Counted from the stretch's first letter, positions 26,277 to 37,369 are shown. The stretch: DNA of 64,000 bases from Promethearchaeota archaeon (GCA_048939625.1 JBHLPH010000008.1:23212-87211), one strand, 5' to 3'. The notes: generated from the sequence alone by a model not told the origin. Made by a program: numbers and translations.

Positions 26277-27881
26277 CTATTCTTCGTCTTCAAAGAGCTC
26301 TTTACTTGACTTGCGTGCTCGTTGCATACTCATGGCAGCATCTTCATCTGCAATGGGTGCCGCTTGGGCGACACCAACGACAGAGCGTTTACTCATCTCT
26401 TCTTTTTGCCGTTCAGCGACTTTTTCAGCTTCCTTGATTTCATCATCGAGGACCTTATCAGCCCTCTTGATGGCTTTCGCAAGTCCTGAAGGAGCTTGAT
26501 TCTGAACCGCTCGATAGGCGTTTTGTGTCTCTTCAAGGATTTTCTTACTCTTCGCAACTTCGCCGCGATACTGTTCTTCACCTGCTCGTTGCACAGCGAA
26601 AGTCGCAGGAAGTTCCGCGTCAAGTGTATCAATGATGGACTTTTCATCATCGGTGACCGTAACGCGTTTAGTTATCACGCGCATGCGTTGGTTGCCTTCC
26701 TCATCCATGTAAGAGACTTGAACTTGAATAGGCACCTCTTTTTCTTTCATCTTGGCTGACGGGCTGAGTCGTACATAGACTTCGCGGTCTTCGGTTACAG
26801 AACCGATACGAATCCCTGTACGGAGCGCATCTGCTTTGGCTCCACCTAACCCGCTGACTTCAGTGAGTTCCACATCTCCAGGAGCGATGACGCGCATTTT
26901 AACGCCCCGTGCAACGATTTTTCCACTGGATGAAGAGCTCATGGCGTCAGCGAGTTCATCAGCTTGGGCATAATACATAGTACCGCCGGTTTGCATAGGC
27001 ATTACAGCTAAGGCTTCCAAGGCCATGAAGGCAGAAGGATCTTTGATACCAACCACATCTATAATGATGCTAGCGTTAGTGGCTTTGATGGCTAAATCTT
27101 CGTAGAGCTGAGCCCCTGTTGTCGACGAGCCTTCAAGAGCCCCCACTCCTTCGTTAGCGAGACCATCTGTAAGGAGAATGATACGTCCACCTCGATCTTT
27201 CATGATAACGTAGCCTGCGACCATCGCAGGACCCAAGGCGGTCATATCAATATCCCGAAGTTTCTGGATGTTGGAAACCCACTTTTTCTTAGTCTTCTTC
27301 AAGGGTTTCATTTCAACATTCTTCAGCTTTTTTTCCACAGCTTTGGTGATTTCTTTAACGCTATAGCGCATGTCCCCTTCGAGTGTGAAAATTTTCTTCA
27401 TATTTTCGTCATAACAGTAAACATCGCTATGGAAGGCGAGGAGCCCAAATGCTGTTTCGGGAGCATTAACGCTTAGGTCTGTTACCGTGCGAATCAATGA
27501 CTCTTTCACTGCAGCAAGTTTTCCTCCACTCATGGAACCTGAAATATCAATCACCGCGAGCAAAGTGTCTTCAGTTATGGGTTTCGCATGAGCAAGCTGC
27601 CCGAGTACAAATTCCGAGAGATCAGTACCAGGCATTAATTCTTCTGGGATGACATTCACAGTACCACAAAACTCGCACTGGAATGTCTTACCTTTTGTCG
27701 GAGACACTTTGATGATATCAGGATTTGTTAAAGCTCCACCACAGTTGCTACACATAATGGGGCGTGTGCCAATTTCTTTGATCTTCTCTTTCATATCAGC
27801 AAAAGAGACTCGTCCAACCCAGGGCATATCCTTGAGGACCTTTCGGTCTTTAGGAAAATATTCTGAACTAGTTTTGAACAT
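26277..27881 (-). CDS. Sec23/Sec24-like protein (Zn finger + vWA trunk + beta-sandwich + helical)
   Basis: CSNCGG..FQCEFCGTVN; VIDISGSM, TALGPA, LLTDGLAN.GVG, TGG; QVSYMDEEGNQRMRVIT. Start chosen at ATG 27881 (track gives 27950). Confidence 0.8.
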   Translation of the reverse strand: MFKTSSEYFPKDRKVLKDMPWVGRVSFADMKEKIKEIGTRPIMCSNCGGALTNPDIIKVSPTKGKTFQCEFCGTVNVIPEELMPGTDLSEFVLGQLAHAKPITEDTLLAVIDISGSMSGGKLAAVKESLIRTVTDLSVNAPETAFGLLAFHSDVYCYDENMKKIFTLEGDMRYSVKEITKAVEKKLKNVEMKPLKKTKKKWVSNIQKLRDIDMTALGPAMVAGYVIMKDRGGRIILLTDGLANEGVGALEGSSTTGAQLYEDLAIKATNASIIIDVVGIKDPSAFMALEALAVMPMQTGGTMYYAQADELADAMSSSSSGKIVARGVKMRVIAPGDVELTEVSGLGGAKADALRTGIRIGSVTEDREVYVRLSPSAKMKEKEVPIQVQVSYMDEEGNQRMRVITKRVTVTDDEKSIIDTLDAELPATFAVQRAGEEQYRGEVAKSKKILEETQNAYRAVQNQAPSGLAKAIKRADKVLDDEIKEAEKVAERQKEEMSKRSVVGVAQAAPIADEDAAMSMQRARKSSKELFEDEE

Positions 27882-27962
27882 AATGCTCGAATCCCCGTAA
27901 GATTTCTGGTCTACGCTGATAGAAAAGCAAGTACAAAAGTTTGTTGCCATGACACAATCAGA

Positions 27963-29045
27963 TTAGCTGATAACGCCTGTGATTCGAGCAAGGCGTTCTG
28001 CTGCCTTTTCTGTGAGTCCACGTTCGCCTAAAATGGTATAGCGTTTGGGATTAATGGTATGGGCTATCTTGAGGGCTTCGATGATTTGTTTGGGGGCAAT
28101 CTTGAGCTCTTTGGCTGTTGTGGGTGCCCCGATGGTGGCTAATGCATCTCGGATTTCTTCCCAATCGATGGCATGAAGATATCCCATCATAATTGTACCT
28201 ACACCACATTGTTCACCGTGAAGTGCTGGTGTAGGAGCGACTCGGTCAAGGGCATGACTGAACTTGTGTTCTGCACCACTTGCAGGTCGGCTTGATCCCG
28301 CGATTCCCATGGCAATGCCACTGGCTATCAAGGCTTCAATTACGAGACGAATACTGTGTTCGTCATTAGGTTGGATGCTGGCCGCATTTTCCATGATGAT
28401 AGTGGCACCCATCAAAGAAAGTGATGCAGAATATTCTCCGTAGTACTCGTATCCTAGGGTATGGGCAAGTTTCCAGTCCCGCACAGCGGTGATTTTGGAG
28501 ATTAGATCTCCGCATCCAGCAGCTGTGAATCGATAGGGTGCTTTTGAGATGATGTGTGTGTCAGCTACAATTGCTATTGGGGATTGTCCTTCAACAGATA
28601 TGGAGGTCCCATCTTTTTTGATTGAGGCTCGTGGGCTTGAAATACCATCATGGGCGGCTGAGGTTGGTACGCTAATGAAAGGCTGGTTTTCATAAGTCGA
28701 ACACAATTTGGCTGTATCTATGACGGATCCTCCACCAACAGCGACGACCACGCCTGCACTATGTTTGCGTATTCCTTCACAGGATTTCTCGACTTCTGGT
28801 TCTGTAGCTTTTTTGATAATTATGGTCTCTACTGAAAATTGTGCCTTTTCGAGTGAAGCGATGGCATCCTCACCTGCGATTTTCATGACGCCTTTATCAG
28901 AGATAAGAATTGCACGCCGAGTTGATACTACTCGTTTTGCTACATCGCCCAGCTGATGAATTACTCCTGACCCAATCAACACTTCTCCGGGTAGCTGCAT
29001 TCGATGGGCACTTTCTTTTTCAGACATTGTGGGTCCTCCTTTCAC
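27963..29045 (-). CDS. egsA: sn-glycerol-1-phosphate dehydrogenase
   Basis: GGGSVIDTAK, PTSAAHDGISS, SSRPASGAEHKFSHALD, HGEQCG. Confidence 0.96.
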   Translation of the reverse strand: MKGGPTMSEKESAHRMQLPGEVLIGSGVIHQLGDVAKRVVSTRRAILISDKGVMKIAGEDAIASLEKAQFSVETIIIKKATEPEVEKSCEGIRKHSAGVVVAVGGGSVIDTAKLCSTYENQPFISVPTSAAHDGISSPRASIKKDGTSISVEGQSPIAIVADTHIISKAPYRFTAAGCGDLISKITAVRDWKLAHTLGYEYYGEYSASLSLMGATIIMENAASIQPNDEHSIRLVIEALIASGIAMGIAGSSRPASGAEHKFSHALDRVAPTPALHGEQCGVGTIMMGYLHAIDWEEIRDALATIGAPTTAKELKIAPKQIIEALKIAHTINPKRYTILGERGLTEKAAERLARITGVIS

Positions 29046-29141
29046 TCTGCGAACAGAATAGCTATCCGATTAATCCTATTAAACAGTTCTACTACCTTGA
29101 ATTACATCATCGATAACCAAGTAACTGCTCGGAAATTCGGA

Positions 29142-29510
29142 TTATGCTTGTGTAGCAAAATTGAGTTTAAGATCCGCTAAACGATCTGAGAGCGCCTTTT
29201 TTGTATCCAGGTCTATCTTGTCACCAAGCTGCGACAAAAGTGCTTCATAGGAATCGATAGCCACTCGTGCTTGAACCAGATCCTTTTCGATTTCCTGCGT
29301 CATCGGGTTAACAATTAATCCCATTTTCTGCCAGGCTACAGAATCAAGGATACGAATAAAGAATGGTAGAATATTCCAAATTGGCAGAGCACTAATATCT
29401 ACTACCTGGGGACCTGCCTCTTCTGTAGCCGCTTCAGAATTAACAGGCTCCGCTGCGGCTTTTTTCTTTTTAGTTGCAGGCTTCTTCTTTCCTTTTGCCA
29501 TTGATTTCAC
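29142..29510 (-). CDS. DUF1844-like small helical protein
   Basis: AWQKMGLIVNP..KDLVQARVAID..LKLNF pattern. Confidence 0.8.
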   Translation of the reverse strand: MKSMAKGKKKPATKKKKAAAEPVNSEAATEEAGPQVVDISALPIWNILPFFIRILDSVAWQKMGLIVNPMTQEIEKDLVQARVAIDSYEALLSQLGDKIDLDTKKALSDRLADLKLNFATQA

Positions 29511-29566
29511 CTTAATAACTGATAATTGGGGTCAGGGAATTTGAATAAGAAAAATGTTGTGAGGGT

Positions 29567-30736
29567 TCATTCGTTCCTACTGACATTGACCATACGCCAC
29601 GTTCGGTAATCGACTAAAACACGGATGTACCCACTTAGCATTTTATCAACCTCTGGATCACCAGTGTCAACATGTAATCCCCCTTCGGCTAGACTGTTAA
29701 TTTTGCTATGCGTAGCGATTACCAAGATTTGTTCAGGAGGAATGCGTCGAATAATATTTGGACTAATCTGCTGGTTGCCACGACCAAATAGCATGCCTTG
29801 GTTACCAATCGGTGATACAACGATCCAGGCATGTAGAAAATCTGGAACGAGTTCAATGAGTTGCTGTTCATTAACATCTAAGTGTATCTTACCATCGATG
29901 TAAACATCAACGCCCAATAAGGTCTTTTTTACACCTAAGACTGTAGCAAATGTTTGAACTGTGGAACCTGGTCCCAGAATATATGTGTCGACTTCAATCA
30001 TGTCTTCAATCAAAGTCTTTGCTACTGCTTCCTGATTGTCCTTCTCATCAACAGTGGTCGGGGACGTCATCTTCGAACCTTGCATTCGTGCCGGAACTAA
30101 TGGACCTTGAAGAAACCCATATAGTTTCACTGCAAACTCGTCACCTCGAATAGCTTCTTCATCTGCATCCATAATTTCGAACGCTTCTTCTTGTGTGTCA
30201 CCCTGCAACCAATCTATGACAACGCGGGCTGCCGCTTCAGGGGAGTAGGCAAATATTCCACTATACATTTTCACTCCCGCTGGAACACCTAAAACCAACA
30301 TTTCGTGCTCTTCGTCGAACGCATCAAGAATATCCCTAGCTGTTCCATCTCCTCCCACAAAGACAAGAAGTTCAACCTCCCTTTCACGAAACAACTGTAC
30401 TGCTTTCTTCGTGTCTGCTTTGCTGGTTTCTTCCTCTAAGTCCATCGGCAGAACTTCAGGCGTGATCCCTGATTCAATGAGTATCCGGGCTCCCATCGGT
30501 TCAGGGCACGTAACCCACTCCACTGCATCCTGTTTAGTATAGAATCGTAAAAAGGCAATCAAGAACTGGCGTGCCCGATCAGGAGAAACCGGTTGAGCAC
30601 CAAGCTGCTGTGCTTTAGTTACGATACCATCGGTTCCTTTTAACCCCACTCGACCACCCATACCTGCAATTGGATTGATTATAAAGCCAATGCGTCGCGT
30701 GTTTTCAGACGGTGGTTCCACTGATATTCCTTCCAC
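29567..30736 (-). CDS. ATP-NAD kinase family protein (AcoX-like)
   Basis: INPIAGMGGRVGLKGTDG, GGDGTARD, GVKMYSG, FGRGNQQIS. Confidence 0.9.
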   Translation of the reverse strand: MEGISVEPPSENTRRIGFIINPIAGMGGRVGLKGTDGIVTKAQQLGAQPVSPDRARQFLIAFLRFYTKQDAVEWVTCPEPMGARILIESGITPEVLPMDLEEETSKADTKKAVQLFREREVELLVFVGGDGTARDILDAFDEEHEMLVLGVPAGVKMYSGIFAYSPEAAARVVIDWLQGDTQEEAFEIMDADEEAIRGDEFAVKLYGFLQGPLVPARMQGSKMTSPTTVDEKDNQEAVAKTLIEDMIEVDTYILGPGSTVQTFATVLGVKKTLLGVDVYIDGKIHLDVNEQQLIELVPDFLHAWIVVSPIGNQGMLFGRGNQQISPNIIRRIPPEQILVIATHSKINSLAEGGLHVDTGDPEVDKMLSGYIRVLVDYRTWRMVNVSRNE

Positions 30737-30822
30737 TCTCCAGCTCTCATAAGGGAAAATAACCTTTACCCTTCATTGGGTTGATTGGTACCTCGATTTC
30801 TAGCTTCAGACATCATTGAGTT

Positions 30823-31731
30823 TCAGTACGGTTTGAGACTAGCTGCAAGTCGCCAGAAAAAGATGGCATTCAAAATAACACCTATTTCTATGATTATTGA
30901 AGGAAGAATGGAATACCCTCCATACATCAAAAACATCACTGAATATGGATAAAATACCAATTGTTGCAAGAAAATGGGGATTATCAATAGCGTCATGTGG
31001 GCGAGGATAATATAAACGATTGCTGTTCCGAGTGTGAGTTTCGGAGACCGACTATGTTTTCGGACGTATAGGAGGGCGAATGCCCATACAATCATCAGTA
31101 TTCCAAAAAATACAGAGCTAACAATCACTAAGTAATTGAAAATTAGGGAAAGTGGTCCAAGTCCCAAATACCCATATGGAGGCGTCTCGACGATTACTTG
31201 TCCAGAATAAATGAGGGATTCAGCAATAATTCCCCACCAGGGGGTAAGAATGGTGAAGAGCGAGATGTAAAGGGCCCATCGGAAGTTAAAATACGGTCTC
31301 ATTTCGTTCCAAGCAAACGCACTCAAAGCGATTCCTACAGCAACCAATACTGCTCCAACACTTCTTGGAATAAACATAGCTAGATTAAGTGGACTATATA
31401 GGTTGAAGTTAAGCGAACACACCCATTGTGCATGAATAAAAACAGCAACAAGAACCATCCCAAGTAAGCCAATTAGAAAATTGCGACGACTCGATGTTGT
31501 GACTGGACCCAGCGGTGTGGGGAGCCGATCTTCTAGGGTGGCTTCAATTTGCGTAGGTGGTCGATATCGCCCGGCATCCAGGCAAGGCTGACAGTACGCA
31601 ATTCCAGTTATTGTAATTCGACAGTTTGCACATAATGCATTGCCACAAGAGCGACACACCGCAATCGCTTCTTGGTCTTGATGAACCGCACACTTCACCC
31701 TAACTCCACTCCAGCCAAAGAATTGTAACAA
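30823..31731 (-). CDS. Membrane protein with N-terminal B-box-like Zn finger
   Basis: CAVH..CRSC..CANC..CQPC then about 6 TM; probable start GTG 31698. Confidence 0.75.
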   Translation of the reverse strand: MLQFFGWSGVRVKCAVHQDQEAIAVCRSCGNALCANCRITITGIAYCQPCLDAGRYRPPTQIEATLEDRLPTPLGPVTTSSRRNFLIGLLGMVLVAVFIHAQWVCSLNFNLYSPLNLAMFIPRSVGAVLVAVGIALSAFAWNEMRPYFNFRWALYISLFTILTPWWGIIAESLIYSGQVIVETPPYGYLGLGPLSLIFNYLVIVSSVFFGILMIVWAFALLYVRKHSRSPKLTLGTAIVYIILAHMTLLIIPIFLQQLVFYPYSVMFLMYGGYSILPSIIIEIGVILNAIFFWRLAASLKPY

Positions 31732-31826
31732 ACGAGATAAAACTATTTGGTTTGCGGAAACCCAAAAGATGTATTACGTTTCTGTGAGAACAAATCCTTA
31801 ACCCCGTTAAGAAAAGCGTAGCATTT

Positions 31827-32522
31827 TTGAACCCCACACCCGCACTCGCCCAACAGAGGTTATCATCTATGGAATCTACTGGTATACCCCTAATTGGAGA
31901 TAAAGCTCCAAGCTTTGAAGTACAAACCACCCTCGGTAAAATTAAATTCCCCGACGACTACAAAGGTAAATGGATCGTCCTCTTCAGCCACCCTGCCGAT
32001 TTCACACCGGTCTGCACAACTGAGTTTTATGCATTTACAAAACGATTCAAGGAATTTGAACAACTAAACACACAACTCGTTGGACTCAGCGTCGACAGCG
32101 TCTACTCCCACATCAAATGGGTTGAATGGATTAAAGAAAATCTCGGCAACGAAGTTCAATTCCCTGTCATCGCAGATGATACCGGAAAAATCGCACGACT
32201 CATGGGCATGATCCACCCCAAGAAAAGCCAAGCAACCGTCCGCGCAGTGTTCTTCATCGATCCACGAGGTTTTATTCGCGCCATCATCTACTATCCTCCT
32301 GAATTAGGTCGAAACTTTGATGAAATCGTTCGAGTAATCAAAGCCTTCCAAGTCGCTGACGAAAAGAAAGTCGCCATGCCAGCCAACTGGCCCGAAAACG
32401 AACTCATCAAAGACCGCGTCATCGTACCTCCCGCCTCAGATGTCAAAGCCGCAGAACAACGCCTAGCCGATAAAGAACTACAATGCTACGACTGGTGGTT
32501 CTGCCATAAAGATAAAAACTAA
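31827..32522 (+). CDS. Archaeal peroxiredoxin (Prx6 group)
   Basis: [22 protein letters not shown]; likely start ATG 31869. Confidence 0.96.
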   Translation: MNPTPALAQQRLSSMESTGIPLIGDKAPSFEVQTTLGKIKFPDDYKGKWIVLFSHPADFTPVCTTEFYAFTKRFKEFEQLNTQLVGLSVDSVYSHIKWVEWIKENLGNEVQFPVIADDTGKIARLMGMIHPKKSQATVRAVFFIDPRGFIRAIIYYPPELGRNFDEIVRVIKAFQVADEKKVAMPANWPENELIKDRVIVPPASDVKAAEQRLADKELQCYDWWFCHKDKN

Positions 32523-32574
32523 GCAAAGCGTACTACACATAATTCCCCAAAAGTGGATGTCCCTTCAAATAAAA

Positions 32575-32616
32575 AGAGCTCCTAAACCTCTTAGGGGCTC
32601 TAAATTCTATTTTTTA
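32575..32616. terminator. Hairpin terminator between convergent genes
   Basis: AGAGCTCCTAA-ACCTC-TTAGGGGCTCT with A-run before and T-run after. Confidence 0.6.
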
Positions 32617-32644
32617 TTAGACCCGTTTCTTGCAATCGGTTTGG

Positions 32645-33166
32645 TCATTCATTTTCCTTTTTATCTTCCTCATGTATGGCAACAATAGCAGAATAGGATC
32701 GGATGCCTCCAATTTTTTTTGCCTCCCCTTTTAGAGTTATTCGTTGCCATTGACGATACACATCCGGAAGTAGTAGTAAAATCGCCATGGTACACAGTCC
32801 AATGAGCAATAGCCCGTTGTATAAGAGCGTAAGACTAGGTCCGAAGAATATGGAATGTCCTGTGAAGATAGGCCAACCAAAAACGAATGGAATAAAGTAA
32901 AGACCAAATCCGACCATAAGAAATACGCCTGCAGCAAGAGCTAGTTTGGCAGCAGCAAAATCGGTGCCAGTCATGACTCCAGGAAAAATTACCAGATAGG
33001 CTCCATATAATGATAAACCTAATCCCACGAGTGCAGCAATATAATAAATGGCTGGTAAAATAAGCACCACTGTGCTCCCAACAAGACCGAGACCGACCCC
33101 TCCGAGGAATATGAATTGCCCTTTGTAGAAGCTCCGAACATTTTGGGCTATAATAACCGTCTCCAA
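32645..33166 (-). CDS. Hypothetical 4-TM membrane protein
   Basis: Four hydrophobic segments; no recognised family. Confidence 0.6.
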   Translation of the reverse strand: METVIIAQNVRSFYKGQFIFLGGVGLGLVGSTVVLILPAIYYIAALVGLGLSLYGAYLVIFPGVMTGTDFAAAKLALAAGVFLMVGFGLYFIPFVFGWPIFTGHSIFFGPSLTLLYNGLLLIGLCTMAILLLLPDVYRQWQRITLKGEAKKIGGIRSYSAIVAIHEEDKKENE

Positions 33167-33215
33167 TCATATTGCTCAATACTAAAGTAAAAAGACTTGG
33201 ATTTCGAAGCAATGC

Positions 33216-33635
33216 TCATTCTACAAGTTCTTCGTCTTCGGGGCGCCAATATGGATCAACGATGCAAAGGAAGACGATATCCTTCTGACCAGTATTTGTG
33301 AGATATTGCGTGGTATTCGGGGGAATATACACGAGAGACCCAGGCCCAACCTCGTGCTCATCTTCTTCAATGACCATTACCCCCTTACCATCAATAAAAT
33401 AATAGACTTCGGAACCCTTCGTAAGTCTATGTGGGAAGGACGATTTACCTGGATGTAGTTTCGCATGAGCGATGCTATACCCAAGCTTAATTTCAGGGCC
33501 ATCCCGCAACGGATTGATTAATTCCCGGAGAATAGTACCATCAAGCGCTGTTATGACCTTGCAATCGTTTAGATTCCGAATCCACATACAAAATCCACCA
33601 ACTATTATTAGCGTTGGGTTTCTTTCCTCTTTCAA
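33216..33635 (-). CDS. Cupin domain protein
   Basis: PH..EVYYFIDGKG, IPPN, NTG; start probably near 33587. Confidence 0.9.
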   Translation of the reverse strand: MKEERNPTLIIVGGFCMWIRNLNDCKVITALDGTILRELINPLRDGPEIKLGYSIAHAKLHPGKSSFPHRLTKGSEVYYFIDGKGVMVIEEDEHEVGPGSLVYIPPNTTQYLTNTGQKDIVFLCIVDPYWRPEDEELVE

Positions 33636-33699
33636 ATACTGTGCCGGAACTGAATTAATAAGCCAGTAGGTAGTTCAGATTCGCGAGTGATATCATTCT

Positions 33700-34362
33700 A
33701 TGCGTCGAAAAGAAGACTGGACCCGAGAAGAACTACAACGAGATTATATCGAAACCATGACGGCAGTAACCCTCCCTGTCCAAGTCGAAATCGATGGAAC
33801 GACACGGATTTTTAATTTCACTCAGGCTGAAGCGATTCTGAAAAAAGCTCAGCTGATTTCGTTAGCCAATTGTGATTGTCGAGAAAAGGTCCAAGCCTGT
33901 GATAATCCCCTCGACGTGTGTATTAGCCTTGATAAAGAAGCTGAAATAATGATTTCTAAAGGCCGTGGACGCCTGGTGTCCCTCAAAGAAGCGATGGAAG
34001 CCCTCCGATTATCACATGCTGCAGGATTGGTCCATATCTCTTACACAGACAAAGGAGAAAGGGAACCAAACATTATTTGCAGCTGTTGTACCTGCTGTTG
34101 CCATTCGCTCGCTGGTCTTATGCGCTTTAACCTTCCTGAAGCAGTCGTACAATCAGACTATATTACACAGCAGGATGAGGAAGTTTGCATCCATTGTGGA
34201 GTGTGTGTAAATCGGTGTCATTTCCTAGCACGCAACATGAAAAATGGGAATCTCAATTATGATCCAGCGAAATGTTTTGGTTGTGGGGTCTGTATCAGCA
34301 CATGTCCCGTTGAAGCAATCTCAATGGTCACACGGTCTGAGTTGAAATCACAGAAAGATTAA
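33700..34362 (+). CDS. 4Fe-4S dicluster protein with Cys-rich N-terminal domain
   Basis: CDCR, ICSCCTCCC, CIHCGVCVNRC, CFGCGVCISTCP. Confidence 0.9.
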   Translation: MRRKEDWTREELQRDYIETMTAVTLPVQVEIDGTTRIFNFTQAEAILKKAQLISLANCDCREKVQACDNPLDVCISLDKEAEIMISKGRGRLVSLKEAMEALRLSHAAGLVHISYTDKGEREPNIICSCCTCCCHSLAGLMRFNLPEAVVQSDYITQQDEEVCIHCGVCVNRCHFLARNMKNGNLNYDPAKCFGCGVCISTCPVEAISMVTRSELKSQKD

Positions 34363-34407
34363 AGCCCATTTATGCGAGGCGGGGTTTAGAATATTGGGGT
34401 AAGAAAC

Positions 34408-34956
34408 GTGGGACATGCTGAAGCTGAAACGGTTCTTCGGGAAATCGAAGCCTCGAATAACCATTACATCATTGGCCCCAGACGAGGACATATTCTCGTT
34501 CGAATAGCTAGTGAGTTTCATCCTCAGCGAATTCTCGAAATTGGGACAAACGTTGGCTATTCCACAATTCTCATGGGAAAGGAACTTCCCAAACGGGCAA
34601 AAATCACCACGATTGAAATTAATCCTGATTTTGCTGAACAAGCCAAAAAGAACATTGATCGAGCCAACCTTGAACCAACAATCGAAGTCTTGGTCGGTGA
34701 TGCCCTCGAGATAATTCCCACATTAAATCAAGAATTCGACTTTGTTTTCATTGATGCTCTTAAGACTCAATACTATGATTACTTAATGGCACTCGAACCT
34801 CTTCTTTTCCGAGGCAGCATGATCATTGCTGACAATGTGGCAAAAAGTAGTACTAGAATGGAAAAGTACCTTGCACATGTTCGTGAGTCAGGGCATTACA
34901 CAAGTCGATTAATCCTAGTAGAAGATGATGGTGTAGAACTAAGCATTCGTCGATGA
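34408..34956 (+). CDS. SAM-dependent O-methyltransferase (YrrM/COMT-like)
   Basis: LEIGTNVGYS, FDFVFIDALK, ADNV. Confidence 0.9.
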   Translation: MGHAEAETVLREIEASNNHYIIGPRRGHILVRIASEFHPQRILEIGTNVGYSTILMGKELPKRAKITTIEINPDFAEQAKKNIDRANLEPTIEVLVGDALEIIPTLNQEFDFVFIDALKTQYYDYLMALEPLLFRGSMIIADNVAKSSTRMEKYLAHVRESGHYTSRLILVEDDGVELSIRR

Positions 34957-35049
34957 GCCATCTTCTGCCAATAGATTCTCATTTTTATGTAACACAAAAA
35001 GACAAATAGTACTCTTCATCAAAACATCATCTGACTACATTCAGAGCTG

Positions 35050-36123
35050 TTGACCATGGAAGCGTTTCTTAAGAAAAAAGCTGGACCCGGCGTCGAAAGA
35101 GGAACTGTTGATCAACCTAGTATTGGTGAGACTGATGTTTTAGTCGAGGTAAAAGGAGCTGCTATTTGCGGTACTGATGTCCATATCTATGAATGGGACG
35201 AATGGGCGGCTAATCGCATCAAACCCCCTTTAATTGTTGGTCACGAAATGTCTGGTAAAGTAATCAAAATCGGCAAAAAGGTAGACCATATTGCCGTCGG
35301 AGATATAGTGTCAGCTGAAACTCATATCGTGGACCAAACCTGTCTCCAGTGCCTTACGGGTCGTGAGCACGTCTGTCAAAACATGACGATTCTTGGCGTT
35401 GACCGAGATGGTGTCTTTGCAGAATATGTATCGATTCCTGCTCATAATGCCTGGAAAAATGACTCCGATTTAGACCCCGTGGTTGGGGCTATTCAAGAAC
35501 CCCTTGGAAACGCTGTACATACTCTACTCCCCATACACAATATGGAAGACATCGCTGGACGTAATGTTGCCGTGATTGGGATGGGTCCAATAGGTCTCAT
35601 GGCTGTTGCTGTCGCAAAAGAGCTTGGTGCTGACAAAGTCTTCGCCACAGCTGGAGGTCGTAATAAAACACGTATGGAACTGGCCAAAGCCATGGGTGCT
35701 GATGAAGTCTTCAGTGCTCGAGAAGATGGACGTGAAGCAATTGTCAAAGCAATACATGATGCCACGGATGGAAACGGAGTCGATGTTGCTGTTGAAATGA
35801 GCGGACACCCTGATGGTTTAGTCACAGCCTTTGAAACCCTCACCGCAGGCGGTCGAGTTAGCCTTCTCGGAGTTTTTCCCAAACCCTTTGAAATTGATCT
35901 CAATCGCCTAATGATATTCAAAGCAGCTACAATCTTTGGTATAAGCGGACGACTCATGTATCGCACATGGTTCCAGGTTCGAGGATTACTACGACGTCCC
36001 CAACTACGTCAAAAAGTCAGCAAAGTCGTAACCCACCGTGTTGCGATGAAAGACCTTGAACAAGGGTACGAACTCATTCTAAGCAAGCAGGCAGCCAAAG
36101 TAGGCTTAACACCAAAATGGTAA
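35050..36123 (+). CDS. tdh: L-threonine 3-dehydrogenase
   Basis: ICGTDVHIYEWDEWA, GHE, SAETH, QEPLGNAVHT, GISGR..TW; kbl nearby. Confidence 0.9.
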   Translation: MTMEAFLKKKAGPGVERGTVDQPSIGETDVLVEVKGAAICGTDVHIYEWDEWAANRIKPPLIVGHEMSGKVIKIGKKVDHIAVGDIVSAETHIVDQTCLQCLTGREHVCQNMTILGVDRDGVFAEYVSIPAHNAWKNDSDLDPVVGAIQEPLGNAVHTLLPIHNMEDIAGRNVAVIGMGPIGLMAVAVAKELGADKVFATAGGRNKTRMELAKAMGADEVFSAREDGREAIVKAIHDATDGNGVDVAVEMSGHPDGLVTAFETLTAGGRVSLLGVFPKPFEIDLNRLMIFKAATIFGISGRLMYRTWFQVRGLLRRPQLRQKVSKVVTHRVAMKDLEQGYELILSKQAAKVGLTPKW

Positions 36124-36386
36124 CCACGGTTACTCGTTCTCCTCTTTGATTTGTCCGTCACACCACCGTCAGCAATTCTCATCAACCCCCTTTCTTATAC
36201 TCTTCCGCCATTCTGAACAAACGAGTATTGTCTCTATTTGCCAAAAAATAACCCATAATAAGATTTGGACAAGGCTACCTACGATAAAACACATTACCGC
36301 AAATATTGGGAGAATGAAAGAAAAACCTATCAGCAAGAATTTACATGAAAACCAAATTAGAAAACCGATTGAGGACCCTACCTACG

Positions 36387-37205
36387 CTAGTCAAATGTTA
36401 GAAACTGCAATTCAGCATCAATCTGAATGTGTTCAATGTCATTTAAGTCTTTGAATTGAGTTGTAGCAGCTGCTCGAACATCTTGCATAATCTGTCGATG
36501 CACGACATCGGGCAGGTTTCGCCACATCGATGAAAAGACACGGTGCTCAAGAAAGGAAAGAGTAACATGCACGGGAACTTGGACAGATGTTACAAACTGC
36601 TGTCTCTCTAAATTTGCACCTTGGGACATGAGTTCGGTTACAATATCAGTCTCTCCTGCTCCAAGGGGAGATACTGGATAACCTAACTCTTCACGACGCT
36701 CTCGATATAGCTGATTTAGACGAGATCGATGAGTGAGCGCTCCGACATAACCGGTAATAATTGTGCCTCCTGCACCTAGAACCTGTCGCGTTTCTATTAG
36801 TGCATCTCGCCAATCAGCCATCAAATGAAAAATATGAATCGCTAAAATGGCCTTGAAGAGACCACGAATTAACGGCAATGTCACTGCATCACCAAAGGTA
36901 AGATTTGATCGAAGATACTTCGAAGATCGTTGGGTAACACAGGCCATTTCAAGCATTCCTTGGGACACGTCGACACCTACCACAGGAATCTTCCGACTAG
37001 CTAAAGCTCTGAGAAATCGACCTGCTCCACATCCTAATTCTAAAATTAAATCCGTGGACGTGAGATCACAGGTTTGAACAATAGCTGTAATCAGTTCCTT
37101 CATGAAGTAATCAGGGATACCCCGTGTTGCTTCATATTCTCCTGCTACACGGCTGAAATCTACTCGTGAGGAGGGTGTTCCAGCTGGTTCGTGCATACTC
37201 GTCAA
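36387..37205 (-). CDS. Class I SAM-dependent methyltransferase
   Basis: LELGCGAGRF, VDVSQGML, GDAVTLP, HIFHL. Confidence 0.88.
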   Translation of the reverse strand: MTSMHEPAGTPSSRVDFSRVAGEYEATRGIPDYFMKELITAIVQTCDLTSTDLILELGCGAGRFLRALASRKIPVVGVDVSQGMLEMACVTQRSSKYLRSNLTFGDAVTLPLIRGLFKAILAIHIFHLMADWRDALIETRQVLGAGGTIITGYVGALTHRSRLNQLYRERREELGYPVSPLGAGETDIVTELMSQGANLERQQFVTSVQVPVHVTLSFLEHRVFSSMWRNLPDVVHRQIMQDVRAAATTQFKDLNDIEHIQIDAELQFLTFD

Positions 37206-37369
37206 AGATAGAAAGAATTTTCCAGTCTAAAGCCTTGTGCTCCGAATCAGTAGATACCGTGGAATTTCGAATTTCTCGGTGGCAAAGTTACAAGAGTAAA
37301 TCGTATCTATTAGCAGGTTCGTGGAACTCTGAAACATTTTAAAAGCAATAACGTAGAGTTGCACGCAAG

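Noticed and set aside
36146-36454. 102-aa + strand ORF and a hydrophobic startless frame on the minus strand
   Set aside because: No SD or motif; overlaps the methyltransferase end; at most a membrane-gene remnant
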